DNA from: Patescibacteria group bacterium
Lineage (GTDB): Bacteria; Patescibacteriota; Minisyncoccia; Phycocordibacterales; Phycocordibacteraceae
Reading direction: 5' to 3'
DNA: 61,480 nucleotides
Assembly: GCA_038062735.1 (NCBI GenBank)
Contig: JBBTWN010000009.1
Span: 1-61,480 of the forward strand
A program made the translations under genes and the position numbers. Below the pieces are notes generated by a model that saw only the letters and a list, made by a program, of their open reading frames with translations, did not search any database and had not been told where the DNA came from. Positions 9,107-18,871 of this stretch are shown here, one piece after another (within the stretch, counting starts at the first letter, position 1; the number at the start of each line of letters is the position of its first letter).

Positions 9107-9849
9107 TTGGGATTTTTGATTCGGGGTCTGGTGGGCTAACGGTGCTTAAGGCGCTCCGCGCAGAACTGCCCTCTGCGGATGTCGTGTATTTTGGGGATAT
9201 CGCGAATGCGCCCTATGGTTCTAAGTCGCGTGCTGAACTTTCACGTCTCACTGCTGGCGCATTTCAACTGCTCAAAGCACAAGGCGTTAACAAAATTATC
9301 AGTGCATGTAACAGCGTGTCTGCGTCTCTCGCGGTGTCACTCTATGACGCATTTTCGATAGCGCCGGGCGCCCTGATTGAGATGGTTGGCCCGACAGTGA
9401 GTTATTTTAAGGGGTCGAAGGCAAGGATCGGGCTTTGCGCGACACCTGCAACTATTGACTCTGGTATCTATCAAGATGCGTTCCGGATGATGGGCATTGA
9501 AATTACTTCCATTGCCATTTCAGATCTTGCAGGCGCAATAGAATTTGGTGGTGACACAGATGCCATAATCCAGAACACATTCAGTACCAACCCCACAGAC
9601 TTCGATGTGCTCATTCTTGCGTGCACGCACTACCCACTCGCTATTGATGTGTTTAAAAAAGCGTTGCCCGGGGTTATGATTTTTGATCCGGCAGCCGCCG
9701 TAGCTGAACGAGCTCGTGCACAGTTCTGGCCGCAGGAGGTGGGGGACGGCACTACTCGCTTTATCATAAGTAAAGATTCAGAGATTTTTCGAGGTTTTGT
9801 GGCACAGCTTTTTCCAGAAGAAAAAGTTACAATAGAGGTTCAGGTATGA
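9103..9849 (+). CDS. murI: glutamate racemase
   Basis: IGIFDSGSGGLTV plus the catalytic Cys motifs SACNS and LACTHYPL. 4-nt overlap with murD. Confidence 0.9.
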   Translation: MIGIFDSGSGGLTVLKALRAELPSADVVYFGDIANAPYGSKSRAELSRLTAGAFQLLKAQGVNKIISACNSVSASLAVSLYDAFSIAPGALIEMVGPTVSYFKGSKARIGLCATPATIDSGIYQDAFRMMGIEITSIAISDLAGAIEFGGDTDAIIQNTFSTNPTDFDVLILACTHYPLAIDVFKKALPGVMIFDPAAAVAERARAQFWPQEVGDGTTRFIISKDSEIFRGFVAQLFPEEKVTIEVQV

Positions 9850-11117
9850 AAGTGTACATGATCGGCATTGGAGGGATAGGGATGAGCGGGCTCGCACAGC
9901 TGTACTTGCGCGAGGGTATCGAGGTAACTGGCTCTGACCGCGAGCATGGGCCAACTACCGATATGTTGGAGAAGCTCGGTGTAAAAATCTATTACCAGCA
10001 GAACGGTATAGGTATTCCAGACGACACAAATCTCATCATCTACTCAGATGCTATCTGGCCGGACAACCCTGAACGTGCTCGTGCTCGCGCTTTGTTTATA
10101 CCAGAAATGTCATATTTTGCAGCGCTCGGCAAAGTATCTGAGGCGATGACGACTATAGCCGTGTCCGGTACGAATGGAAAAACAACGACGACCGGCATGC
10201 TCGCCAAGATTCTTATTGATGCCGGTAAACAGCCAACGACTATTGTTGGTTCTCTGATGAAGGATTTTGGTTCAAACTTTGTACCCGGCGCCCCATCGCT
10301 ATTTGTCGTCGAGGCGTGTGAATACAAGGATCATCTGCTTGAGCTCAATCCAAAAATACTCGTGGTCACCAACGTTGAGTGGGATCATACGGACTGGTTT
10401 AAAACAGAGGCAGCGATGTTTGATACGTTCAAGCGCGCGATGCACAAAGTCCCAAAGGATGGTGCCGTTGTCGTGGACCTCTCGCTCCCGTATATGCGCA
10501 TGCTTCTTACTGAGGTGCGGGCAACAATCGTTGATTACTCAAAAGAAATAGTGCCCGAGCTCCAGCTTATTGGCGAGTTCAACAAGAACAACGCCCGAGC
10601 GGCAAAAGCAGCTGCAAAAGCGTTTGCCCCAGAGCTCACTGACGAAGTGATTGATGCATCGCTTAAAGCATTTCAGGGCACCTGGCGGCGATTTGAATAT
10701 AAAGGGATAACGAAAGCAGGCGCGACGCTCTATGACGACTACGCGCACCATCCAACAGCCATTCGAGAAACAATTAAAGGAGCACGACAGAAATTTTCTG
10801 ATAAAAAAATAGTTGTTGCATTTCATCCGCACCTTTTCTCACGCACGCGCGATTTGATGAACGATTTTGCGCGCGCGTTTGATGGTGCTGATAGTGTTAT
10901 TCTTGCGCCCATCTATGCGGCACGCGAGAATCCCATTGATGGCGTGACAAGCGAGGTGCTGGCTTCAAAAATAAATAATTCCAAACCAAACCTAGCCTGT
11001 GCGGTCTCTGATCTCGATGCGGTCTATAACGAATTAGTTTCTGTGAGTTCAGATTCTCTCATCATCACCATGGGTGCCGGAGATATCTATAAGGTGGCCG
11101 ACAAGCTTGTTGCTTGA
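9846..11117 (+). CDS. murC: UDP-N-acetylmuramate--L-alanine ligase
   Basis: IGIGGIGMSGLA N-terminus and AVSGTNGKTTTT P-loop. 4-nt overlap with murI. Confidence 0.92.
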   Translation: MKVYMIGIGGIGMSGLAQLYLREGIEVTGSDREHGPTTDMLEKLGVKIYYQQNGIGIPDDTNLIIYSDAIWPDNPERARARALFIPEMSYFAALGKVSEAMTTIAVSGTNGKTTTTGMLAKILIDAGKQPTTIVGSLMKDFGSNFVPGAPSLFVVEACEYKDHLLELNPKILVVTNVEWDHTDWFKTEAAMFDTFKRAMHKVPKDGAVVVDLSLPYMRMLLTEVRATIVDYSKEIVPELQLIGEFNKNNARAAKAAAKAFAPELTDEVIDASLKAFQGTWRRFEYKGITKAGATLYDDYAHHPTAIRETIKGARQKFSDKKIVVAFHPHLFSRTRDLMNDFARAFDGADSVILAPIYAARENPIDGVTSEVLASKINNSKPNLACAVSDLDAVYNELVSVSSDSLIITMGAGDIYKVADKLVA

Positions 11118-11148
11118 CACACAAGCCGTTGCGGTCAATGATGTGAGT

Positions 11149-11430
11149 ATGCAAACCATGAAAAATGAGTCTAGAAATATTCCAGACATTACTCAAGTGG
11201 GTGAGCTTAAGGTACGCGGGGAGAGATTGAGACCGCACGATCGGGTTTCGCTTAAGATTATGAGTAGAGCCGAGGTGCCAGTCGAAATTATTGATATCTA
11301 TAGAGAAACGCCTGTGCAGAGTGCTGGCTCGAAGCCAGAGGTCATGGTTGTACTTAAGTTTCCTAATGGCAACATGGGTGAAAGGTCGTTTGGAGACTTT
11401 TCAAAGCAGTTGTATCGAAAGTTGGGCTAG
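11149..11430 (+). CDS. hypothetical small protein (93 aa)
   Basis: ORF 11074-11430 trimmed to the first ATG after the murC stop. Confidence 0.4.
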   Translation: MQTMKNESRNIPDITQVGELKVRGERLRPHDRVSLKIMSRAEVPVEIIDIYRETPVQSAGSKPEVMVVLKFPNGNMGERSFGDFSKQLYRKLG

Positions 11431-11446
11431 CGGTAAGTGTAATATT

Positions 11447-12118
11447 GTGGGCAAACTTTCAATAGTCGCGACACCAATTGGCAATCTTGAGGATATTACG
11501 CTTCGAGCGCTCAGAACGTTGAAGGAGTGCGATGCGATTTTATGCGAGGATACGCGAGTCACTAAAAAATTGCTTTCGCACTACGGCATACACACCCCCA
11601 CGATGCCCTTTCATGCACATTCGGCCAAGAGTGCATTTGAGAAAATTGTTGAGCTTTTGAAGGTTGGAAAGCACTTAGCATTAGTCACAGACGCGGGGAC
11701 GCCGGCTATCTCTGATCCCGGAGCATACCTTGTCGAAACAGTCCGGCGTGAATCGCCCAATACAACGATTGAAGCCATACCCGGCGCATCGTCCGTTTCC
11801 GCGGCTCTATCCATAGCCGGAGTTCCCTCCGATAGCTACACCTTTCTGGGCTTTTTGCCTCATAAAAAGGGTAGAAAGACGATGCTTGATACGCTCACAC
11901 AATTAGAGGGTACCGTCATTATGTTTGAGTCGCCCCACAGAATTAAAAAACTCATAGATGAAGTCGCTGCAAGAACACCCAATAGGACAGTTACGCTCTG
12001 TCGTGAACTGACGAAAAAGTTTGAAGAAGTGCGATCAGGGACAGCCACCGAGCTTGCTTCGCGCATTGGATCAGGTATCCCCACGCGTGGTGAGTTTGTT
12101 GTGATACTTTCTCCCTGA
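11447..12118 (+). CDS. rsmI: 16S rRNA (cytidine1402-2'-O)-methyltransferase
   Basis: Tetrapyrrole-methylase-type N-terminus KLSIVATPIGNLEDITLRALRTLKECDAILCEDTR. Start set at GTG 11447. The longer ORF would overlap the upstream gene. Confidence 0.85.
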   Translation: MGKLSIVATPIGNLEDITLRALRTLKECDAILCEDTRVTKKLLSHYGIHTPTMPFHAHSAKSAFEKIVELLKVGKHLALVTDAGTPAISDPGAYLVETVRRESPNTTIEAIPGASSVSAALSIAGVPSDSYTFLGFLPHKKGRKTMLDTLTQLEGTVIMFESPHRIKKLIDEVAARTPNRTVTLCRELTKKFEEVRSGTATELASRIGSGIPTRGEFVVILSP

Positions 12119-12130
12119 TACACTGAAGAG

Positions 12131-12358
12131 ATGTCAAAGGCAGTTATCGTGATGGTTATTGGAATCATACTGGTGTTATTGCCGTACATGGGCATACCGA
12201 GCAGTGCAAAGACGTTTGTTATTGTCGGTGCCGGCACGATTCTCGTCATCCTGGGACTTTTGATACGAGTTGAGCGTTTGTGGATGTTGCGTGCACTCCA
12301 TGGCGGCCATGCAAACGATGCCTACGCAGAGAGTGGTACTCGACATGACGCCACATAA
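12131..12358 (+). CDS. small membrane protein (75 aa, two hydrophobic spans)
   Basis: ORF with two TM-like segments, packed tightly between rsmI and the next gene. Confidence 0.45.
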   Translation: MSKAVIVMVIGIILVLLPYMGIPSSAKTFVIVGAGTILVILGLLIRVERLWMLRALHGGHANDAYAESGTRHDAT

Positions 12359-13571
12359 AATAGTTGTTGGTATCGGGGGCATTATTCTCTTGGTGCTTCT
12401 CGGCATGACGTACGCGGTCCCGCCAGAGTGGGTAGTCGCGGAGGGTGCACCCGTAGCATCATCGACTGATGCAGTGGCAGCAAAACCGGTGCCGCCAAAA
12501 CCAGCTGTGTCACATATCAAGACACCAGAACCAACATATGCGATATATATGAGCCAGTGTGTCGTGGGCACGCCCACGTTTCGCGACAAGCTCGTTTCAT
12601 TCATCGATGATACGGAACTGAATGCAGTGATTATCGATATCAAGGACTACACGGGTAAAATTGCATTTACTACTGATAATCCAGTACTCGCAGATTCTGT
12701 GTCAGACGCATGTGGCGCACGCGATATGCGGGCCTTTGTCCAAACGCTCCACGACAAAGGTATTTATGTGATTGGGCGTATCACCGTGTTTCAAGATCCG
12801 TACTATACCAAACTCCACCCTTCTGCGGCTGTGCAAAGCGCGTCGACCGGCACACCTTGGAAAGATTACAAAGGCCTTTCGTTCATTGATGTATCACATA
12901 AACCGTATTGGGATTATGTCGCTGAGCTCTCTCGTGTTGCATACGAGGATTTTGGCTTTGATGAGTTAAATTATGATTACATCCGCTATCCATCGGATGG
13001 ACCTATGAAAGATGCTCGCTATGTGAATAATAATAAAGCAGAGAGCATCGAATTATTTTTGAAATATCTGCACGAACATGTTGCGCCCACGGGCGCCGCG
13101 ATGTCGGCGGATCTTTTTGGCATGACGACAACAAACTCTGACGATCTAAACATTGGTCAACAACTTGAGCGCACGTTGCCATACTTTGATTACGTCGCGC
13201 CCATGGTATACCCATCGCACTATCCAAAAAACTTTCGCGACCTCGGTAATCCAAACAACCATCCATACGAAGTCGTGAACATCTCAATGCTCGCAGCTGC
13301 TAACCGCACTGTCGCTACAACAACGCTCATTGAGACGCTTGATGGGCGTGCTATCGCTTCAACTTCGCCACAACTGTATACCAAAGAAAGCTATTCAAAA
13401 CTAAAAATGCGACCCTGGCTTCAGGACTTTGATTATGGCAAAGACTATACGCGGGCCGACATAGAAGCTCAGATTCAGGCGACGTATGACGCGGGGCTCA
13501 CCTCATGGTTCTTTTGGGATCCGGCCAATAAATACACAGCGCTACGAGAGTATCTTGCAAGTGGCGAGTAG
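12345..13571 (+). CDS. DUF4015 / GH-like TIM-barrel putative glycoside hydrolase, N-terminal membrane anchor
   Basis: VIIDIKDYTGKIAF, GIYVIGRITVFQD and FDELNYDYIRYPSDG match my recollection of the COG1306/DUF4015 family. Start at ATG 12345. Confidence 0.7.
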   Translation: MTPHKIVVGIGGIILLVLLGMTYAVPPEWVVAEGAPVASSTDAVAAKPVPPKPAVSHIKTPEPTYAIYMSQCVVGTPTFRDKLVSFIDDTELNAVIIDIKDYTGKIAFTTDNPVLADSVSDACGARDMRAFVQTLHDKGIYVIGRITVFQDPYYTKLHPSAAVQSASTGTPWKDYKGLSFIDVSHKPYWDYVAELSRVAYEDFGFDELNYDYIRYPSDGPMKDARYVNNNKAESIELFLKYLHEHVAPTGAAMSADLFGMTTTNSDDLNIGQQLERTLPYFDYVAPMVYPSHYPKNFRDLGNPNNHPYEVVNISMLAAANRTVATTTLIETLDGRAIASTSPQLYTKESYSKLKMRPWLQDFDYGKDYTRADIEAQIQATYDAGLTSWFFWDPANKYTALREYLASGE

Positions 13572-13583
13572 TATACTGGATAT

Positions 13584-13979
13584 ATGGTGAGCATTCTTGA
13601 GTCTGCAGATATACTCGCCGGACTCTTGGTAAAACGGAGACATGAAAGTCCGATTTCTAAGTTGCGAACTAAGTTAGAAGTAAGGCTGTATAAATCGACG
13701 CCAGAAGAAAGAACAATGAGCAATAATGAATACAAAAACCTTAGTACAAGAGCACGACTTCTTTTTGAACGTGTTCCACCCGCAGCCCGCCCAGCAATAC
13801 GCAAAAGAATTGGTGAGGCGACTGGGCACTATCCTGAGCTTGACATGATGGTTCATGGCCTTGATCGGTATGATCTGACGCCCCGATATGCGCACCTCAA
13901 TATGCGTAGTCCAGTGAGAAGAATCGTTACTTTAAAGCGCGAAGATGGAAAGTTAAGAGCAGAGAGTAGAAAACTCTAA
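13584..13979 (+). CDS. hypothetical protein (131 aa)
   Basis: ORF with TATACT (13572-13577) 6 nt upstream of the ATG. Confidence 0.45.
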   Translation: MVSILESADILAGLLVKRRHESPISKLRTKLEVRLYKSTPEERTMSNNEYKNLSTRARLLFERVPPAARPAIRKRIGEATGHYPELDMMVHGLDRYDLTPRYAHLNMRSPVRRIVTLKREDGKLRAESRKL

Positions 13980-14021
13980 CGCGCAAGTATACCTGTATAC
14001 AACTTCCTATATACTAGTTGT

Positions 14022-15452
14022 ATGGACTGGGGTTCACGCATTACGTATCTCGCATCGACGGCGCTCAAGGAGCGTGTTACTCCGTTTGGTATAAAAGACA
14101 AAGATAGAAAACATCATGTATGTGTGTTGGGTCGTGTGGGGAGCGGACGTGCGGAATTTTTAACGCGGATGGCCATACAAGACATCGAGCGTGGCATCGG
14201 CATGGTGATCATCGATGCTGCAGGCAACATGGGCCCCATGCTTATGGAGCGGTTAAATCCTGAAGAGATTGAGCGGTTAGTGTATCTCGACGCGTCCGAC
14301 GCAGAGTATCCGTTTGTGTGGAATGTTGCAGAAGAGTTTCGCGGTTCTGCTCGCGGCAAGGAGCTTTTTGAAATGGGACTCGCCTCCATCTATCGCGTAA
14401 AGAAAAGCGAATTAACTGACGCGATCGCGGGGAGCATCTATAAAGACAAAGAAAAAACAATTATCGACGCGTATGCAATAGCGACTGATGAGAAGGTTCG
14501 CAAAGAGACGTTTCCAGAAGACGCCGACACGTCGCTTAAGTTTTATAATGCGTTCGAAAAAGAAAAGGAGACCGTCACAGATATGGAGGAACACGGACGC
14601 TATCTCGCGAAAGATACGATGGTGCGTAACCTGATTGGCCAGACAGATGCGAAGGTCAATCTTGCTGAGCTTGGCCGCGGCGCCATCGTCATTGTGGACG
14701 TGTCGCGCATACGCATTTTCCCTACGCGTATTACGCCACTAGTGCGTTTATTTATGTACGCCGCCCGCGCACGCGCTGCCGAGCTTGATGTGCCGGTGTC
14801 GCTCTACTTCCACGACTGCCTCCGTTATCTTTCAGAGTCGGACGCAGAGTCACTGTTTACTGACCGTTCGGTCGCGCTCTCGCTGTCGGACACCATTTAT
14901 CACGAAAGTGATTTGCCACTTCGTGAAAAGGCGCTTGCGCGCTGCGGGTCAGTCGTTTCTTTTCAGCCACACCCCATTGATCTCCCCATGGTCGAGAAAG
15001 TGTTTTATCCGTATGTGACGCCTGAAGAGTTATCAGGCCTTGATCAAGGCGAATCATGCGTCGCGCTCACCATAGACGCGGTGCGCACGCAGCCATTCTT
15101 TGCTGACGTTCTCCCGCTGGCAGAGCGCACCAATGTATCACTTCAGGACATTATTGGTGATTCTCGCTCACGATACACGACGCCCCGCACACAGGTCGAT
15201 TCTTGGTTTAAAGACCGTGCGCTCAGTTCTAACCCTCCACCGCCACCTCCTGCTCCGGGGGCTCCTGGAGGAGGTGGGAGTGGCTTTTCTGATGCCTTTA
15301 GAGCAATATTCCAAAAGCCGGGAGATCCTGTCACGCCTCCCGCAGCAGCAAAACCGCCGACACCAGCCCCACAAGAGGAGCCAGAAGAGTCTACTGAGGT
15401 TGCAGAGGACGTTCTCAAACGCCTTCTTTACGTCGGCCCCTTGCCGGCGTAG
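14022..15452 (+). CDS. TraD/VirD4/HerA-like P-loop protein with degenerate Walker A/B and a Pro/Gly-rich tail
   Basis: HHVCVLGRVGSGRAEFLTRMAIQDIERGIGMVIIDAAGN follows the coupling-protein pattern, but GSGR replaces GSGK. LYFHD sits where the Walker B DE box is expected. The C-terminus reads PPPPPPAPGAPGGGGSG. Confidence 0.6.
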   Translation: MDWGSRITYLASTALKERVTPFGIKDKDRKHHVCVLGRVGSGRAEFLTRMAIQDIERGIGMVIIDAAGNMGPMLMERLNPEEIERLVYLDASDAEYPFVWNVAEEFRGSARGKELFEMGLASIYRVKKSELTDAIAGSIYKDKEKTIIDAYAIATDEKVRKETFPEDADTSLKFYNAFEKEKETVTDMEEHGRYLAKDTMVRNLIGQTDAKVNLAELGRGAIVIVDVSRIRIFPTRITPLVRLFMYAARARAAELDVPVSLYFHDCLRYLSESDAESLFTDRSVALSLSDTIYHESDLPLREKALARCGSVVSFQPHPIDLPMVEKVFYPYVTPEELSGLDQGESCVALTIDAVRTQPFFADVLPLAERTNVSLQDIIGDSRSRYTTPRTQVDSWFKDRALSSNPPPPPPAPGAPGGGGSGFSDAFRAIFQKPGDPVTPPAAAKPPTPAPQEEPEESTEVAEDVLKRLLYVGPLPA

Positions 15453-15461
15453 CATGAGGGG

Positions 15462-16061
15462 ATGCTCGGGCTCATTCTTTTTGAGTTTTCTCACATCGAG
15501 TATGACCCACCGGGGAATGATAAAAATCGTGAGTGGGTAGAGATGCGTAACATATCACCCGACAGCATCGATCTTTCAAAGTATTTTTTATTTGAAAACA
15601 ACACAAATCATAAAATTAATGCCGTCGACAGTGCCATTGTCCCGCCCAATACGATCGCAATAATCGCTTCTGACGCAGCTACGTTTGTTGCAGAGAATCC
15701 AACACGTTCCGCATTTGTGTTTGATTCCACATTTTCATTGAGTAATACCGGTGAGTATCTTGCACTCAAAGACGCATCGACCACCATAATTGCCGAAACA
15801 ACGTATACCGCTGCGCCCAAACCCGTTGTTGAAAAGAAAAAGAGTACGACCAAAGCGACCACAAAAGCAAAGGTATCAAAAGAGTCTCCTAAAATTCTTG
15901 AACGTGCTACGAGCTCACTACCTGCAGCTGCGGCCGATAGTGCGCCGTGGAGCATGGTGCCGTGGTTTGCGGGGCTTATCGGCACTGTACTCACCGCCGG
16001 TATCGCACTTTTTGCGGTCACAAAACCCGCCGGTACAGGGTACACTATAGAAGAATCATGA
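15462..16061 (+). CDS. lamin-tail-domain (LTD) protein with C-terminal TM anchor
   Basis: IEYDPPGNDKNREWVEMRN...DLSKYFL...SLSNTGEYLALKD is LTD-like. A Lys/Thr-rich linker precedes the hydrophobic WFAGLIGTVLTAGIALFAV. Confidence 0.75.
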   Translation: MLGLILFEFSHIEYDPPGNDKNREWVEMRNISPDSIDLSKYFLFENNTNHKINAVDSAIVPPNTIAIIASDAATFVAENPTRSAFVFDSTFSLSNTGEYLALKDASTTIIAETTYTAAPKPVVEKKKSTTKATTKAKVSKESPKILERATSSLPAAAADSAPWSMVPWFAGLIGTVLTAGIALFAVTKPAGTGYTIEES

Positions 16062-16930
16062 AAACGGCGATTGTAACGGGCGGCGCTGGCTTTGTCGGCT
16101 CCCACCTTTGTGAGCGATTAGTGAAAGACGGCTTTAAGGTTATCTCGCTCGACAATTATTTCACTGGCTCAAAAGAGAACCATGTCAACGGTGTCGAGTA
16201 TCGTGAAGGCCACACAAAAGATATTGCGAAGCACATCCCAGAAACTCCTGACATCATCTATCACCTTGGCGAATATTCGCGCGTACACAAAGCGCTTGAA
16301 GAGCCCGATACGGTTTTTGATTTGAATATTGTTGGTACTTTAGCGGTGGCGGCATTTTGGGCGAAAACGGGGTGTAAGTTAGTTTATGCTGCATCCTCAA
16401 CAAAGGATGATGCCATCACAAAATCAGCTGACGGTACGCTCGGCAAAGATTTATCGCCGTACACGTGGAGCAAGGCCACCAATGTTGATTTGATAAACAG
16501 CTATGGGCGATGGTTTCTCGCCCCCTATGCGATCACGTATTTTCATAGCGTCTATGGACCACGAGAGCGAGCATGGGGAAATTACGGGACCGTGGTCGGC
16601 ACCTTTCTTCAAAATTATGAGGAAGGGAAACTTCATGAAGTAAATAGTCCCGGTACCCAAACACGCGCATTTACGCACGTGCTGGATACGGTCGAGGGTA
16701 TTATTCTCGCAGGAGAAAAGGGTAATGGTGACGGCTTTAATATCTGCGCGAACGACGAATGGACTATTAGAGATGTGGCTGAGGCATTTGGTGGCGAGAT
16801 AGTTATGAAGCCGCAGACCAAAGTGTCGCGCTCTGCGACGGTGAGTGACTCGTCAGCGATAAAGGCTCTTGGATGGAAGCAGAAACATACTCTCAAGGAC
16901 TATATAGAAGAATGTAAAAAGCAGAAATGA
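16058..16930 (+). CDS. NAD-dependent sugar-nucleotide epimerase/dehydratase
   Basis: TGGAGFVGSHL Rossmann motif and YxxxK (YTWSK). ATGA overlap with the LTD gene. Confidence 0.85.
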   Translation: MKTAIVTGGAGFVGSHLCERLVKDGFKVISLDNYFTGSKENHVNGVEYREGHTKDIAKHIPETPDIIYHLGEYSRVHKALEEPDTVFDLNIVGTLAVAAFWAKTGCKLVYAASSTKDDAITKSADGTLGKDLSPYTWSKATNVDLINSYGRWFLAPYAITYFHSVYGPRERAWGNYGTVVGTFLQNYEEGKLHEVNSPGTQTRAFTHVLDTVEGIILAGEKGNGDGFNICANDEWTIRDVAEAFGGEIVMKPQTKVSRSATVSDSSAIKALGWKQKHTLKDYIEECKKQK

Positions 16931-18099
16931 AAAAGGTTTTGATATTTTCGCTCGCGTACTATCCCAATGCTGTAAGCGGTGCGGAGGGTGCAATAAAAGA
17001 AATTACGGATCGCATCAATGACATTGAGTTTCATATGGTGACGCTTCGATTTGACCCAACGCAGCCGCGGGTGGAGAAAGTAGGTACTGTGCACGTGCAT
17101 CGTGTCGGGTATTCAAGTGCGCGTCTTTGGAAAATTCTCTTTGTTCCACTGGCAACGCTAAAGGGGCTCACACTCCATAACGAACAGCGCTTTGATGCAT
17201 TGTGGAGTGTAATGACCTATATGCTTTTCCCTGTAGTGTTTATGAAGTGGTTTGTCCATGTCCCGCATATCTTGACGCTGCAGGATGGCGATCCGTATGA
17301 AAAGGTCTTTGAGCGTTGGTTTATACGCCCAGTCGCTCCGCTCTTAGATCAGGGTTTTCGCACCGCCAGCATCGTGCAGGCGATATCATCGTTTTTGGCT
17401 ACATGGCCAAAAAAGCGCGGTTATACTGGCGATGTTGAGTTAATTTATAACGGAGCAAATCCAAAAAATCTTGCAGAGGATTATTCTATTGATGAGGCAC
17501 GTACGCTCGCGGAGCGGTGGGGTAAAAAGTCGGGAGATGTCTTTTTGCTGAACGCATCACGGTTTGTGTATCAAAAGGCGAACGATGTAACCGTGCGTGC
17601 ACTTCCGCTTTTGCCACCGCACGTTAAGCTTGTGCTCGTTGGAGACGGGCCAGATGAGGAGATGCTTCGCGCACTTGCGCGCGAGCTGGCTGTTTCCGAT
17701 AGACTTATTATCACCGGTCGCGTTGACCGCTACGACGTACCGAAGTATCGAAATCGTACCTTTGCCGATATTTTTGTATGCCCATCTCGCTCTGAAGGGC
17801 TCCAGATGTCATCGCTCTCCGCAATGGCGGGTTATCTCCCGGTCGTGTCCACGCAGGCGGGCGGGCTCGCAGAATACATTTGGGATAAAAAGCATAATCC
17901 GGATAAGCCTAAAACTGCATGGGTGGTGGATCCTGATAGTCCAGAGCAGATTGCTGAGGCGGTCAAAGATATCATGGCGCATCCCGACGAGGTGAAACAA
18001 GTGACTGAGGCGAACCGAGCTATGATTTTAAAAACCTATAACTGGGACAATATAGCCGTTGAAATGCGAAAGAGGGTATTTGCTCGCGTGCTAGGGTAG
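16927..18099 (+). CDS. glycosyltransferase, GT4 type (GT-B)
   Basis: Glycos_transf_1-like C-terminal half (PSRSEGLQMSSLSAMAGYLPVVSTQAGGLAEYI). Confidence 0.85.
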   Translation: MKKVLIFSLAYYPNAVSGAEGAIKEITDRINDIEFHMVTLRFDPTQPRVEKVGTVHVHRVGYSSARLWKILFVPLATLKGLTLHNEQRFDALWSVMTYMLFPVVFMKWFVHVPHILTLQDGDPYEKVFERWFIRPVAPLLDQGFRTASIVQAISSFLATWPKKRGYTGDVELIYNGANPKNLAEDYSIDEARTLAERWGKKSGDVFLLNASRFVYQKANDVTVRALPLLPPHVKLVLVGDGPDEEMLRALARELAVSDRLIITGRVDRYDVPKYRNRTFADIFVCPSRSEGLQMSSLSAMAGYLPVVSTQAGGLAEYIWDKKHNPDKPKTAWVVDPDSPEQIAEAVKDIMAHPDEVKQVTEANRAMILKTYNWDNIAVEMRKRVFARVLG

Positions 18100-18103
18100 A
18101 CGT

Positions 18104-18649
18104 ATGGACGATATCCCGTCACTACTTGAAAAGGCAGTTCGTATCGCAGTCGAGGCGCATAAAGATCAAAAGCGCAAAGATGGCCCCCCGTATATCATCC
18201 ACCCCTTTGGGGTCGCACTCAAACTCGCAAAGTATGGTTTTTCAGATACCGTTGTTGCTGCGGCGCTCGTACACGATGTATTGGAAGATACTGAATATCC
18301 CCCGGATACAATGCATGCAGAGCTTGGTGACGAGGTATGGGCAATTATCCAGTCGGTAACCAACGACGACTCTCTCTCGTGGGAGGACAAAAAGCTCAAA
18401 TACATAGAAACAGTACGCGCAGGGTCCGACGATGCCAAGGCAGTAGCGACGGGAGATAAGATTCATAATATGGAGAGTCTGGTTATTGCATACAAGGAGC
18501 ATGGAGATACGCTTTGGACCAAATTTAATGCAAACAAAGTAAAGAAATTATGGTTTGAAGAAAAGATGCTCGCGATGCTCAAAGAATCGTGGAGCCACCC
18601 GATGATACAAGAATACGAGTCTCTCGTTGCCTGGATGCGTAGTCTTTAG
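18104..18649 (+). CDS. HD-domain (p)ppGpp-hydrolase-like protein (RelA/SpoT hydrolase domain only)
   Basis: HKDQKRKDGPPYIIHPFGVA...AAALVHDVLEDT. Confidence 0.82.
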   Translation: MDDIPSLLEKAVRIAVEAHKDQKRKDGPPYIIHPFGVALKLAKYGFSDTVVAAALVHDVLEDTEYPPDTMHAELGDEVWAIIQSVTNDDSLSWEDKKLKYIETVRAGSDDAKAVATGDKIHNMESLVIAYKEHGDTLWTKFNANKVKKLWFEEKMLAMLKESWSHPMIQEYESLVAWMRSL

Positions 18650-18679
18650 GGTTACCAAGGACACTAGGCAAAGGAGGTA

Positions 18680-18708
18680 TTGACATTAGTCATTGAATGG
18701 TGTATACT
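18680..18708 (+). promoter_or_regulatory. near-consensus sigma70 promoter TTGACA, 17-nt spacer, TATACT
   Basis: -35 at 18680-18685 and -10 at 18703-18708. Confidence 0.6.
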
Positions 18709-18871
18709 GAACAAAAATAAAAAGTAGAAAATCACATATGAGAAAAGAAATAAAAAATACTGAAGTTCAGTTCGAGCTGGTCGTCCGATAGGTTCACCTG
18801 AAGCGCAGACTCGATCGCTTGTTCAGGAAGTTTTCGCGAAAATCGACAACGAACCGCGCGTAAATACAGAG

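Noticed and set aside
15143-15494. Minus-strand ORFs (15143-15418, 15168-15494) and the plus-strand ORF 15100-15540, all overlapping the 3' end of the TraD-like gene.
   Set aside because: They arise from the GC-rich Pro/Gly low-complexity tail (PPPPPPAPGAPGGGGSG), which keeps several frames open. There is no independent evidence for them.
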